From: Eledone cirrhosa
Taxonomy: Eukaryota
Assembly: GCA_964016885.1 (NCBI GenBank)
Contig: OZ024753.1
Coordinates: 27,776,001 to 27,840,000 of the forward strand
Length of the DNA stretch: 64,000 nt
Reading direction: 5' to 3'
Of the stretch, positions 28,799-43,211 are shown in pieces; the stretch's first letter is position 1, and each line of letters begins with the position of its first letter. The translations under genes and the position numbers were made by a program. Under the pieces are notes generated by a model. The model ran no database searches. It had not been told where the DNA came from and saw nothing but the letters and a program-made list of their open reading frames with translations.

Positions 28799-29090
28799 AT
28801 ATGTATATATATATATATGTATGTATATATATGTATATATATATATTATATATATTTATATATATATATATATGTATATATATATGTGTATATATATATG
28901 TATATATATATATATGTATATATATAAGTATATATAGTATTAAGGATACTATTTATGGCTATGCATATACAAAAACCTTTTGTAGTTATATATATTTTTA
29001 CAAACCCTAAATAGTCATAGGCAGTAATATATTTATTACCAGTAAGTTAAATAGCTCAATGTAATAACATCAGTTGTTTTACAGAGCAGT

Positions 29091-30820
29091 TATATATAAG
29101 TTATAAGTCATATATAAGTTATAAACCACCTAATAAATTTTGTAACCTCTGTCTACTAGAGACCCAAACTATTATCTTCTCTAACCATAACCTACTTAAC
29201 AAAAATCTGAAATGTTCGCGTCTTGCCAGCACCGCTTCCGACATTCCTTCCAAAACTTTAAACCCAATATATAGCAATGTCAGACTTGAACCAGGCACCA
29301 CCGCTAGCATCAAACCCCAAGGGCACACCTTATACCACATCCCCACACTCATTGATCCAATATAACACAAATAGTGACATCCCTCTAGAACCCGTTACAG
29401 TAGGAATACCCCTTTGTACATCTACTTTCGGTGTGACTGCCTTCAATTGCTTGAACTACATTACACCACTATATAATTAATGTAAAATTTAAACATTGAA
29501 TTGATTGTACTGTTGGTGTTCTGTGGATGCAGTGCCATTGTTGGATAAGTGGAAGACTAATTAATTTAGTAACATTGATGAGCTATATAACCTATATGCT
29601 GAGTGCAGTGAATGAAATGCAAGTGGCGTATGAGTTGTACATATATGTATGAATTGGTGGTCGGATTAGTGACATGGTAAGTGAGGATTGACCTCGGGTC
29701 TACCCTAGTGATAGTTAACTTTGGCATCCAATCTGACATGCACTGACCCAGAGCTTACCAGGAATTATTATATATAGAAGTGATTCTATAATAACCCTGC
29801 CAGGTTCTACGAGTAGACTACAATTACAATGATCATTGATTTGGAGATCTGGCTCTTCGTGTGAAATATTCAATTGTGGCTCTCTATGATGGAGGATAGT
29901 CACCCTAATATGAACACCTTAAATACTTCTTGATAGACTACATTATAGATAGGACACTTTAAATTTTTAGAAACAGTCTATAACCATATAAGATAGGGAC
30001 TATTTTGAGACACCATTTAATGTATTAGTTATAGAAATCAGTGAGTTACCTCCCCTCACGCATTAACTCCCCTTAGTCACACACACACTTCCGGAAAATA
30101 ATACGATGTTGATTCTCGCAACTTAAACAACCTGCTATATTGGACTAAAGACCAACAAACTATGATACTCTAACAGAATCATCAAACGTCCAATATTGAA
30201 TCGTCGTGGATTATGTGAGGGGCATATAATCTAGATATTACGCTCTCCGGACTGCGAAAATGGTGCTCTACACGAAAAACATATCATCGCTTTGCTGCAC
30301 ATTTCTAATATTTTTTATATTTATAATATTTCTCTACACACAAGCTTCTATAACATTCATATAAAAGATACATTACCAGTTCAACCCCCTTAATACTCTT
30401 GATTACCCGCTTGAAGTACTTGTATTACATGTAACACCCTGCCGCACTATAGTATTATATAAATAAGACACACGTGCTTGCCACACGTGTAACTATTGCA
30501 CTCAATGACTGCTTCTGACTATCCTATCGCATTAATTTCATGTTGTATTTTAACTTTAATTTTTAATTTTATCCTTTTTTGATATGTATGTAATCTTTAA
30601 ATGTATACTGCCACGCTAAATGTTATAATTGATGTCGACCCACCAAGCAACAATATTTGCATATGTATCTGTATGTCTCTTGGGTTGAAAAGGAGGTCAT
30701 ATATGTGATCATTCATTAATAAATTGCTCCGAAGAATGCAAACCTCGGTTTGGAGGAAACAATTGTAAGCATATAAATGATTTGAACAGAACTTTGATTC
30801 TTATAACTTATAAGTATATA
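29091..30820 (+). mobile_element. 5'-truncated Penelope-like element: GIY-YIG C-terminus, 3' region and terminal HHR
   Basis: 29120-29265 reads YKPPNKFCNLCLLETQTIIFSNHNLLNK/SEMFASCQHRFRHSF (PLE endonuclease C-terminal CxxC...CxH); HHR near the 3' end; (TA)n beyond. Confidence 0.75.
30725..30771 (+). ncRNA. Type I hammerhead motif (U4 to C variant)
   Basis: tgct CCGAAGA atg caaacc tc ggtttg gag GAAA caattg TA agca. Confidence 0.7.
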
Positions 30821-30825
30821 TATAA

Positions 30826-30919
<94 letters not shown>

Positions 30920-31060
30920 GCGTGTATAAATGTATGTGAAAAAATGTACTCCATACCGTTAAATAGAGTGGAATAGTATTTTTTCTAGTGTTTCAAGGGA
31001 CATAATCAGAATCTAAGTGCAAAACATATTATTCGGACTGTGATATATTATAATAATTAA

Positions 31061-31433
31061 CCCCTTCGTTACCATAATTCTTATGAAATACATTTTCTAT
31101 ATGTTTCCATTTATTTTGAAAATAATCAAGATTTTGGAGGGATTTGATAATATAACTTTCTCATTATTTGCTTAATGTTTAGAACATAACCAAGGTTCTT
31201 ATATAAAATTATGATGGAGGATTTTTGTTAAATATAAGCAGTTTAACCCTTTTATTGCCATATTTCTAATGAATGTCACTCCATGTTTGTTTCCATTCAT
31301 TTTGAAAATAAGTAATTAACAAAGATTCGTACTTAATATTGTGAAGGTGTTTAGTTAAATATAAACACTTTAAAAGATACGGCATTATATTATAGAAGCA
31401 TGTGCGGTTTCAGGCAGTTTGGTATTGAAAGGG
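31061..31433. mobile_element. piggyBac-type MITE (31247-31433) preceded by a partial tandem copy
   Basis: TTAA|cccttt...aaaggg|TTAA termini; a second TTAA|ccccttcgttacc left end at 31061. Confidence 0.7.
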
Positions 31434-32009
31434 TTAAATTAAACAACTCAGGTAAACACTATATGATGCGTGTAGTATGTTACTTGAAAATGATGGAATA
31501 CGACTTCTAAATAAAATAAAATAAAATATATAGTACATCACTATTAAATAGATAATGAATTGTAAGTTTTATCGATAAAAAGGCGTGGGAGTGAAATCAC
31601 GCAAAAAGGATTTAATGGAATTAAAATTATAATGAATTGAATAAAATGAAATTGTACTTAAAGCATTAAGTAATGGTGTAATAGGAAATAGAATAATGAT
31701 AAAGTAAATTAAAGAAAAAAAATAACATATACAAATGGATTTAGTCAAATTCTGTAAATGTAGGAATGGATGTATATGATAAATTTAGATAAATGATATA
31801 GTTAGATAGCAAATCAAAGAATACATTTAAGTAAGTCCTAAACTATGTAGCTATAGGAGTGAATACAAAGAATAAGTTAAGTTTGAAGATGTAAAATACT
31901 AAATGATAATAAAAAATACATACTTAATAACCTAAGCTCAGCGAGGGGTAATAAAAGCTTGTCCAATAAAATATAAGGATTTTGTTAATATAAGAGATCT
32001 TGAGGGAAA

Positions 32010-32206
32010 AAACCAATCGGCAGAAGAACCAGAGGTAGACCCTGTGCAAGATGGTTGGGTAACATCCATGAACTTAGCTGGTCTCGATTGGGGATCCAGC
32101 CGGATCAGTTGAAGACGGTTGCTTCTGACAGGACCCGCTGGAGGGAGTGTTTGAGGACTCTGCCTCCACGAACCTCTCAAGAATAAGTGGTTGAAGAAAA
32201 AGAAGA
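32010..32206 (+). mobile_element. RTE-type LINE 3' fragment with (GAA)n tail
   Basis: PIGRRTRGRP...WLGNIHELSWSRLGIQP; related copy at 56881-57096. Confidence 0.7.
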
Positions 32207-32649
32207 GGTCTTGAAACGGACAATAGAATAGTAAAAAGGGAATTATGGAAATAACAAAAGGATGATGGTAATGTTAACAGTAAGAAAAATCAATTGGTTC
32301 AAAATGTTTATAAGTTCGAAAAGTTAACATGAATTTCCGCACCCATTCGAAAAGTTAACATGAATCTCCGCACCCATTCGAAGGTATAAATTTAGCAAAA
32401 TATTTCTGAATTCCTTTGTAGTACACAAATTACATGATTTATAGTTTCCAAAATAGAACCTGGCTTTAGACAAGATAATCCAGTTGTGTTTGTGAGATAG
32501 GATCTATTTTTCAAATCCCAGATGAAGTTAGGAGATGAAATTTGACATCTCTCTTTTGTTGGGGCTTCTGGGAGAATAAGTATGTAAAATATACAAAATT
32601 AGAAAGGTATTCAGGTCGTTTCAATGCAGGTTTTGGAGATAATATTTTC

Positions 32650-33020
32650 TCATGTCAGTGCATTGCTAAACTGTCCTTAGCTAAACAACTAGAAACTAAG
32701 GGGCATGTATTAAGGTTAATGCAATTACATTGATTTGCAGATGAATTTGTGTTGTTTGTTCAGTTTTAAAATGTTTGAAGCAATGAAATTCTAGTCAAAT
32801 ATATGAGTGGCAGAATGCAAGAATTTAATGGTGTTTTGTTAAAATCTTCGTAATATTGGTGTGGAATGGCGTTTGTAGTTACAGTGATATTGAAAACGGG
32901 ATTAAATCAACTGACATTTCTTTTTTTAATTTCTTTATGGAGATTCTAAGTGTGTATGCAGTTCTAAAAGATTATATCTTTGAATCCGCTTCTAGGGAAA
33001 GCATCGTTACGATTGAGTAG
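32650..33020 (-). pseudogene. Penelope-like element remnant (RT C-terminus and Cys-rich linker)
   Basis: NDAFPRSGFKD...KKRNVS*FNPVFNITVTTN...NQCNCINLNTCPLVSSCLAK, matching the KRNIIWFNPP and CNC...CPL..KCL pattern of PLEs. Confidence 0.75.
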
Positions 33021-33380
33021 TGTTGTGTGTGTGTGTATATATATAATGCATGTATGTGGGATATATATACACACATAAGAAATCCCCAAACAGAGCATGC
33101 CATTACCACTTAGAAGTTACCGAAAAACGTTAGATCTCGTATTTTTGTTGCTTTTATTTCCAATCCTAGAAAATTGAATGTTTAAAAAAAAATTTAAAAA
33201 ATGAAAGATTTTTTCAGCTCTTTATTATCCTGACCATAAATCTGAATGCATTAGCTGAAAATAACACACACACCACACAACACACATACATATACATACA
33301 TATATATATAGTGAGTGTACACACATTGGTGCAGTCTCTGTTACCCACTCTGTAGTTATACAGATAATATATATATATAT

Positions 33381-33429
<49 letters not shown>

Positions 33430-34341
33430 GGGGAGTAGGTAAGTAGATGATATAATAGAATAGAATATACTTTTTAATAACCAAAGCTAAATGAAAATAT
33501 ATATACGTCACTGTAATACTCCTAAATATATCTAAAACTATAATATATAAAATTCCTATAGCTAATGTAAATAAAATACCTAAGCAAATATAGTTTTTAA
33601 TAACGTAATACGCAGCCTTCCACTTTCACCGGATCCTCTCAGTATGACATCTAGGATACCGACTAACGACACTGAGTAATGTGTTATTGTAGGGTCCCAT
33701 ATAATTGCTCACTACAAGGGCAAAAATCTGAGGGAAATATGGTTTATAGATGTAAAGTATCTACCAGAAACGAAAGCAAATCACATATTGGATCTACTCA
33801 TTCTTTTAAGCGACATGGGCATGGGCTCTTTTAGAAATGAAAGTCAAAACAAAGAAAAAACAACGCACTACTACAGAACTTATTTCGTCTTTACACAATT
33901 CGAATGTAAGGTATAATTTGAGCTAAACTGTTATTAAGTTGGCTAGCCCATATAAAGAGGGCGGGTGCGTGTGATGTATGTGTTGTTAGAGCTTTGGTGA
34001 TTTAATTGTCGGATAAACCACTTTTAAACCGGTGACAAGAAATTACATGTTGCTGGCATAAGATTCTGCGAACATTTTAAAGACTGGTTTTGATCTAAAG
34101 TATATAAAATTGCCTTCGTAAGTTAAATTGAGAATTTACATAACCTTTTAAGTTCTCTGTAATTTAGTACCTTTATATAGGTATTAACAGCTATATCTTT
34201 AGTTAGTAAATATTGAATAATATATTTTTATGTTGTACTAATATACTAGTGTAATACCAACGTGGTAATTATAAAATGAAATGGTAACCCTAGAATTAGG
34301 GTTACCTGTGCATTAGCTAGGTTAATAATTAATAAACTTCA

Positions 34342-34540
34342 GGCTAGTGGATTGGCAGGATCGGTAGAGCGTCGGATAAAACGCCATTGCGTTATTTATT
34401 CTGGAACTTTACAATCTGAGTTCAAATCCCATCGAGGTCAACTTTACCCTTCACCCTCCTGAGGTCGATAAAATCAAGTACCAGTCAAGTACCGGCGTTG
34501 ATTTAATCAATTTTGCCCTTCACCCGAATTTGCTGTCTAG
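34342..34540 (+). mobile_element. SINE family A
   Basis: A/B boxes and conserved core; another copy at 35432-35630. Confidence 0.8.
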
Positions 34541-36382
34541 TCATAAGGTCCTAGGTTAGGGTTAACTCTGCATTTGTCCCCCTGTAAATAGTTATTTCTC
34601 CAAAGTTACTCGTACATTTAATCCTATGTCATTTGTATATACATGCTGAATATTTATATTTATGCAATTATAGCCTAGAAATAAGTTATTATAATATTAT
34701 CCTTATCTTTAATCACTTCCACGTTCAGTAATCAATATAATGTATAGGGTTTCTCTTATGCAAACCATTAAGTTATCAAAACACTTCTCAGTTTGTATAG
34801 TTATTTATATATCTGGTAGTTCTGGTATATATGGCATTCCAAAATTTAAATAGGTTCAACGTTATTGTTGTCAGAACTGGTCCACTAGTTAGTTATATAT
34901 AATATTTATTGCTGGTGATGTGAATGACGTATTCTCGTAGAACATGTAACCATCGGAAAATGACCTCTGTAGTAATTTGTCTCATTAAGTTTGCAAATTT
35001 TAATGTTTACACTGACATTGCACGTATGCAGCATCTTCTTTCGTGTATTAACTTTATTATTAATTAGTGCGGTATATAATCAATGGTTCGGAGTGGAGTA
35101 CACACATACCACAGGCACTCACCATCAATAAGTTTATTGCGTGCAGCGTAACATTTCATAATTCTCATGAGAACAACTTCATCTGTTTTTTATCCAGCAT
35201 GCATATGATTAAAATAACAGTTTCCTTTTTCACTTGGTACGGGGCCAATTTTTGGTCTCTCTTGCAATGCAGGTTTATAATAGACTACATCGGACCCTAG
35301 AATATGACTGGTATATATTGCAAACATCATATTTGACCCACTCGTATACAAGGATCGATTAAATCAATTACAGCCCAAACTTATAAATGTATAGATACGT
35401 GCCTATGTTAGAAATTATTATTATTAGTTTAAGAGCAGTTGATAGGCAGCATCGGTAGAGTGTCGGACGACATGCTTTGCAACATATAGTTACGGCCTTT
35501 TATAATTTTGAGTTCAAATCCCACCGAGTTTAGCTTCATATTTTACTCTTTCGGGGCCGATAAAATATGTTATGTCTTCCCTCACCCCAAAATTGCTGGC
35601 CTTGTGCCTGAATCAGAAATCATTTTTATTGCGTATCGTTACTGCATTACAGAGCACGGCTGTTTGCACCTTGGCTATGTGCAGTGATGGTTTTGGGTGG
35701 TGTTGTTTCTATTGTTTTAAGAGTACTCTTCATAATATGTGTACAGTACCTAGTAGTAATAATTTCTGTATGTTGAACATATATGTAATTCCTGGAGTCT
35801 GGGTTATGTAGCTGTCTGCGTTTTTTAAAACATACTTTATCATTTTATTTGTTTATTTTTCGTGTATTATTCGTTGTTTTTTTTTTTAGTTAACCTTACC
35901 ACACGACAAATGTTAAGGTTAGGATGGCGTTAGTGTTAGTATTAGGGTTAGGGTTTTTGGAGGACACAAAATGGCGAACATCAATAATTTATAATGCTCA
36001 TACTGCTTTGTCGTTCATATTGTTTAAATCACTATGTAAGAATGCAGCCATGCTGGAGCTCCGTATTTCATGTAGCAGTGTGGTAATAGATTTAATAGAA
36101 TTGTCTCTGTCTGTATTCCTCTTTGCTCAATAATAACAAAGAACATAGACACAGAAAAAAAAATGACCCAGTGCTTATAGGAAGAGAAAGATCGATATAT
36201 CTGACAAGTATGCAAGCTTCTATTGGATCGACTCTCAATCGAGCATGTAAGCACATTTATACGTCATGTAACTAACGAAAAAATCCTACTTCTCACGCAA
36301 CAAAGTGTCAAATAGCAAATTGGACTAATCCTAGCCAATGTTGTTTTCTGTATACATTTAGATACGCACACAGACACACATT

Positions 36383-36441
<59 letters not shown>

Positions 36442-37264
36442 TTGGCAATGGACCCAGTTCATGTCAGACCAAGTAAAACGGCAGAAAATATCTTGAATAT
36501 CAGCGTTCACTTGGCAAGCATCTCTCTCTCTCTCTCTCTTTCTCTCTAATTATCTTTCTGTACCCCCCTCTCTCTCCCCTTCTCTGTCTCCTGCCTTTCA
36601 TCTCTTTCTCATTTCTTGCCCTTCTCTTTCTCATTTCTTGCTCTTCTCTTTCTTATCTCAATCTCTCTACACACCTATCGCTCATGAAAGTATTTCTCTC
36701 CCCCCCCCCTTTCTCTCTCATCTCACGTTTATATCCCACTCGTTTCACATTCATCTCTCTTTCATCTCCTCTACGTAAATATACCTCTCAACTCTTCTCT
36801 TTCTTTTTTCATTTCTCCTCATCTCTAACTATCCCGCCTCCTCTCTCTCTCTCTACAACTCTTTCCTCGTTTCTAACTATCCCACCCATCTCTCTCTCTC
36901 TCTACAGCTCTCTCCTCATTTCTAACTCTCTCGTCGCCACTTTCTCTCTCTCTACAACTCTCTCCTCATCTCTAACTCTCTCGCCCCCCTCTCTAACTCT
37001 CTCTCTCTCTTTCTAACACTCTCCTTTCATCCATATTACATCATTAACACTCTAAAATATTAAAATACAGATAAAGAGCATCTTGACTACTTTGGCAAAG
37101 AGAAACAAGGAATGGGGAGGTGGAGGCGAAGAGGAGGAAGCGAACAGTTAAACAGATGTACAACTGTCTTATCAATTTCTAATACAAGAAGTAACAACAG
37201 CTGGAAAACCTCTCCACGCCCTGCACACACGCACACACACACACAACCACACACACACACACAC

Positions 37265-37320
<56 letters not shown>

Positions 37321-37695
37321 TCAGGTTATCAATAATATATATATTCCTAAGTAGTTAAGCATCGTTTACCCCATCAAAATTATTTTTTCATTTAATTATC
37401 TAATTCTTTTTACCTCCTTTCACAGTTTCCTAGCCTTCTAGATCCACTATCACGTTAGTTGGAATAGATTAATAAATTTATTATAGTATAAACCTTTTTT
37501 TCGATTCTTTTCGATTTTATTTTGAATAATCTGGTATCAATGTGAGAGACAACTGTTCTTCAACTATGCAACAATACATTTGCTTACCCTAGCATTTCTT
37601 TCAGAGCATGGCACTGGCTGCTTCATTGTGTGTGAACCAGTTATAATATTCAGTAGAAGTTACAATATTCTTTAGAGTTTACAGTTCCACTGCTA

Positions 37696-37803
37696 TGGCA
37701 AGTAGTCAGGCTTGCCAGCCCCTGAAAGCCCTGGCAAGTAGTCAGGCCTGCCAGCCCCTGAAAGCCCTGGCAAGTAGTCAGGCCTGCCAGCCCCTGAAAG
37801 CCC
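37696..37803. repeat. 36-bp tandem repeat x3
   Basis: tggcaagtagtcaggcctgccagcccctgaaagccc repeated three times. Confidence 0.9.
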
Positions 37804-38624
37804 AAGCGGAGACTACCATGAAAAAAAAGTGCTCTCAGAGTTCTGAGAGTTCAAATCCTTCTTTGCCTGTTATCTTTTCAAAGTCAATAAAGAGAAGTAT
37901 CAGTTCAGTACTGGGGTCAATTCTTTCTCAATATCGCTTGCTCATTGGCTCTTTTTTCTTATCTGGAAGAAATCATCAGTATTCAGACCTGGAGAGGGAA
38001 TGAACTTCTCAAAGTTTAAAGTGCCTAAGGCACACCGTATTTAATGATACCGCTACAACAGCGTGGGGAGTTACGGTTCTATACAGACATATCTGTACAC
38101 CAGATTGTGCGCTACGTGGGGGCAGGGGCACTGAATATAGGGGAATTGTAGGAAGGCAAAGCGTGGTGAGGGAGGATAGGATCCAAGAATACAAATCAGT
38201 ATTTTTTTTTCGTAAAACAGTTACCTTTAGTTATTCAATAGATACTTAACTAATGTTTTTAATTAAATTTAAATTTTAAAATCTCTTTGTTCTGTACATA
38301 CGGATTCATTATTTCTTTTAGATTTATAATACAATTAAAGTGTTTTTTTCTCTTTCCCATTGAAAATTTTCGATATGCATAAATAGTGTTTTGCTGTCAA
38401 TTAGGTCAATTAATTAATTATTGATGCACATAATCAGCATATTTTGGTTAATGGAAATGTAAAAGAAAGGAGACCTTATACGCGCAATACCCAATTTTAG
38501 CCAATGCTGCGATATGTACTCCAATGTACTCAACTAATACAAACAAATCTATTTATATTCCAATCTCTCCTATTTGTGTGTGTGAGCGCACACAACCTCG
38601 TATATATATATATATATATGTTTA

Positions 38625-38690
<66 letters not shown>

Positions 38691-38771
38691 CAGAAATTAT
38701 CTAACTTTCCTGATGTTTTCTTACGAATGAAACAGTTCTAATCTCGTAGGGATCATTTATATAATAAAATG

Positions 38772-38803
<32 letters not shown>

Positions 38804-38829
38804 CTTATATACTTATATACTTACATTTA

Positions 38830-39600
38830 AGTAAGTGCCGTACTAAGAGTGAGAAATGAAATTTCGTTTCATTCTATTCCATTTATATTTATATATTAAG
38901 GCCAGTTACTGCAACGGTGCCATACTAGGGACGTACGTTTCGTTAGTCCCACCCGCTTGTTAAACCTTGGCCCTGAAAAGAAAATAAGGGAAAAGAAGGG
39001 AGTTCTAAAGAGGGGTAGGTAATGGTCTAATTGGTCCAGAGGAAACTATTTGACCGAAAAATAAGAACAAACGCTAACTAGCTAATAGATTAGAGGGGCT
39101 GGAAAATAATCAATAAATTAAGATATAATTTTGGGGGAAAAATAAAAATCAATATTGAATACTATGGAGATCAGTTCTTCAAAAAGGTGTTTAGAAAAGC
39201 GAGGACATCGCGAGAAAAATTCTCTCCATGTGTTAAGCGGTTTGTTATTGTTGTGGACATTATTCAATATCCACCATTTCTCATTATTGCATAATCTGCA
39301 TGCTTTGAACCTATTTATATATGGTCGAAATGTTATCAGTATTTTCCATTTTATGGAGAAGCCATGTTCTTGCTTTTGAATTGTCATATGTTATTCGCCA
39401 AATTTGTGGTGTTTCATTTATTTGGGTATCTGAAGGTCATTTAATGATCAAGGAAGCAGTTTTTAAACCAGCTCTCTGACATATCGACATATTTCCAGGA
39501 TTTGTTTTGGTACTGTGGACTCACTGGCGAGACCTCAGCTTCATATATTATTGCCGGGGTGTTGCATTATTGATCCAGTAGGCATGAATCCAGATTTTTA
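38830..39600 (-). mobile_element. Penelope-like element 3' part: GIY-YIG pseudogene with decayed HHR
   Basis: SCLLDQ*CNTPAIIYEAEV...WKYVDMSESWFKNCFLDH...FSIKWKILITFRPYINRFKACRLCNNEK...FSRCPR; downstream GAAA cgtacg TC cct motif at 38925-38968. Confidence 0.85.
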
Positions 39601-39668
39601 TAAGAACATTCATATACTTGTGTTTACAAATGTATACATACTTACCTATCTCTCCCTCTCTTACTCTT

Positions 39669-39710
<42 letters not shown>

Positions 39711-39763
39711 AATGTATGTGTGTGTATATATATATATGCATATATATACATCTCTCTCTCTCC

Positions 39764-39847
<84 letters not shown>

Positions 39848-40111
39848 TAACAGGCGTCGATTGTATTCGAAATAACTATATTTATAAATATAGTTTTTAG
39901 ACACTCACACATAAGAAAAAAAAACAAAAAACGAATTTCTCTTGTCTGCTATCTCTGTCTGTCTTTCCTCCCCTGTCCTTATTCTCTCCTCTCTCGTTCT
40001 CTTCGTCTCCCTCTCACTCTTTTTCTCTCCGTTACCTCCGATCTTTCCTTCTCTTCCCCCCTCTCTTACCCTCTTCTCTGTTTCCATTATATATATATAT
40101 GTGTGTGTGTA

Positions 40112-40146
<35 letters not shown>

Positions 40147-40749
40147 TATAGATATATATAGATATATATAGAAAATGAGAGAGAAAGGAAAGATGAGAGA
40201 TGAAAGTCGTTGCACAAGTGAAACGTTACAATACAGATGCTAGACATTGTTTACATTCTTACTATTTGAGCAGCAGAGATGATTTTCTTCGATACGATGA
40301 AAATTAAAAATAGTTCTGAATCGTTTCGATTATAAAAATTGATTCTTTGCCAAATTGCAAAAAAAAAAAAAAAAGGAGTGAAAAGTCTAATGGAAAAAAA
40401 ATTGTTGTTGGGCCTCCGTCGGTTTCTACGACGAGTGTTTCTGTAGTATGTGCAACAGTGAGCCCATGAAACTAACGTAGAACTAGTTGACCATTCCTAA
40501 GGCACGTGTACCCTTAATGTAGTTCTCGGGAGGATTCAGCAGGACACAATGTGTGACCAGGTTGACGCATTTAATTACAGGTACAGTCTATCTTGTTTTA
40601 TAGTGCAAATGACTGAACATTCCACAGACACCTGTATCTTTAACGTAGTTCTCAGTGAGATTATGTGTGACACAGTATTTGACAAGGTTGGCTCTTTGAG
40701 TTACAAGTATAAATCGTTATTTTCCAGCTGACTGGATTGGAGCAACGTG

Positions 40750-41135
40750 TAATAATGGTTTCTGATTTAGGCACAAGGCCCACAATTTTGAGGAAAGGAA
40801 AAGTCGATTAAATTGAACCCAGTGCATTATTGGTACTTTGTTTTATCGACCCGTAAGGATGAAATGCAAAGCTAACCTTGGGGGATTTGAACTCAGAATA
40901 ATGGTTTCTACTTTTGGCACAAGGCCAACAATTATTCCAGTGCATTACTGGTACTTTATTTTATCGACCCCGTAAGGATGAAAGGCAAAATTAACCTCGG
41001 CGGGATTTGAACTCAGATCATAAAGGGAGGTATCTCTAATGTGTCTTGCTCAGAAGTACAACGTACCGCCGAGAAACGAACTCATGACTTTACGATCGAG
41101 GGTAAACACCCTAACCACCAAGCCACACGCCTTCA
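40750..41135 (-). mobile_element. Tandem SINE family A pieces followed by a family C head
   Basis: Same core as other copies; similar cluster at 42495-42790. Confidence 0.75.
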
Positions 41136-42353
41136 TAAAAAAATAGTGTTTTCTGGTTTAGGAACAAGGCCAACAACGATTGCTTAAAGGAATGTTTTCC
41201 AACTTTTTCACTACCAAGGACCCCATTTATCTAAGAGGAGTTTCCCACGAACCACACTCATTTGAAATGTCTGTCTGCACAACAAGTTCCCGAACACCTC
41301 TGTTAGTTCCCCCAGAGTCCCGCGGACCATTGGTGAGGGACTGGAGTTAATACTTCCCTATTATGTTGTTGTCGGATGAGTGGAATTTCCACGGGTCCCA
41401 GTAGATTATAATATAATTGAAATTAATTAAAAATAGAATGCAGCGTGGAATGAGTCTGATTAGCTAAGTTATGTATGTTATGTTATGCAACATTAGTTTT
41501 TCTCATCTCTTCCCTGCTATATTAAGCTATTAATATAAATAAAATATAGAAACGAAGGAAACTTGTACGTACGTACGTAATATACGCGTCTCTAATTGTT
41601 TACCGTGAAATTGTTTACGAACCCATTAAATTGTTTACGAAACCATACAATTGCCCCCATCCCCCCATACACATATACATCACTTCTTTGATCTGACTAA
41701 TAAATACTCTCCTTCCTTCTTATTCTCTTTCAACTCACAACCTCGTCCTTTCCTAATTTATCTTTCCTTATTTCTTCCACTGTTCCCCTGCAAAACATTT
41801 GCAGACAATCTTATTCTTCAATGCTACCAGACTACGATAGCTGAAAGTCATAAATATTTTCCCCTCCAGCTAAGAAGTTGGTCAGAATTTTCTTCTCCCA
41901 ACAATACACGAACTTGAAAGAATTATATATTACTATATTGAGCTAGTCAGTTTCATAACGGGTTGACGGTTCTTCTAGGTGGGTTGTTGGTCCTCCACAG
42001 AAAAGTCGGATGATGGGTTTGCCATCTTGGCGGCGAGCTGACGTTCGACGATACTTTGGGATCGCTGTCTTAGGATGACTCCGGCCTCGTCGAGCAAGAG
42101 CAAGAAGAAGATATTGAGCTAGACTATGTTAAGTTGTGCTAAACTGTATAGTGTAAGCTACCATACAACGTGTAATGAGACGAAATAACTTTAAAACAAT
42201 TGAAATTATAACTGTATTGAGAAAAGAAGTCGATAAAAATTATTCCCAAAACAGACACGGGAGAGAACTATAAAATTTCATTTGACTAAACATTAAATTG
42301 GTATATGCAAGATAAGGGGAATGAAGCTGATCTTGGGTAGAAATGGTGACAAT

Positions 42354-42390
42354 TTCTGATATGTTTCGGTCTTATCAGAACTTCAGCGAA
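42354..42390 (-). ncRNA. Decayed hammerhead motif
   Basis: Minus strand: ttcg CTGAAG ttct gata agacc GAAA cata TC agaa. Confidence 0.45.
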
Positions 42391-43211
42391 GTCAACACGC
42401 AACTATTAAGACGACAGCAACTACTAAGACGATGGCTTGGAGGTTTTGGAGTGTAAAAATAATTCATATGTTAGGTAATTTAAATAATGAGGACGGGAAA
42501 GTTGATTAAATCAACCCCAGTGCATTACTGGTGTTTTATTTTATCGACCCCGTAAGGATGAAAGGCAATGTTAACCTCGGTTGGATTTGAACTCAGAATG
42601 TCAAGAGTCGTAAGTCTATGCCATGAAGCATGGTGTCCGACGCTCCAGCGATTTTGCTAATCCACTGCCCTAATTTAAAAAATGATTTCTAGTATAGGCA
42701 CAAGGCCAGTAATTTGGGGTGAGGGGAAAGTCGATTAAATCGACCCCAATATGTTACTGGTGCTTTATTTTATCGACCCCGTCCTAATTTAAATAATGAC
42801 ATTGGAAAGTTTCATTCTGAATCTATCACATAAAGGCTATCATACATGAAGTAGTGAACCGAAACAAATTTATAATCAACTGAAATTATTTCCGTAATGA
42901 GAAGAAAATTCATTAGCGGTAATGACAATTGATTTTTAAAAATTCCGAAATCTGAATTAACCTAAAATTCTCTCCCTTGCCACTTTCGAGAAGAATGTTC
43001 CTTAACGCTAATGACATTTCTTCTCATTACGATTATAATTTCAATTGATTAAATTTCTCTTATAGTATGTTAGCGCGCATTAAAATATATCCTCTTTATA
43101 CAGAATATACTCTTACTGTGCTATGCTAATCTTTGATAATCATTTTTCGACCCACGAGAATACCTGGTATCGTCAGTTTCCGAAAAGCTAAGTAGATGAA
43201 AGACACAAATC

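Noticed and set aside
30125-30165. CYIG as a GIY-YIG motif
   Set aside because: Surrounded by stops and located downstream of the real endonuclease C-terminus.
37696-37803. 36-bp repeats as a CRISPR array
   Set aside because: Units are contiguous with no spacers, there are no cas genes, and the context is eukaryotic.
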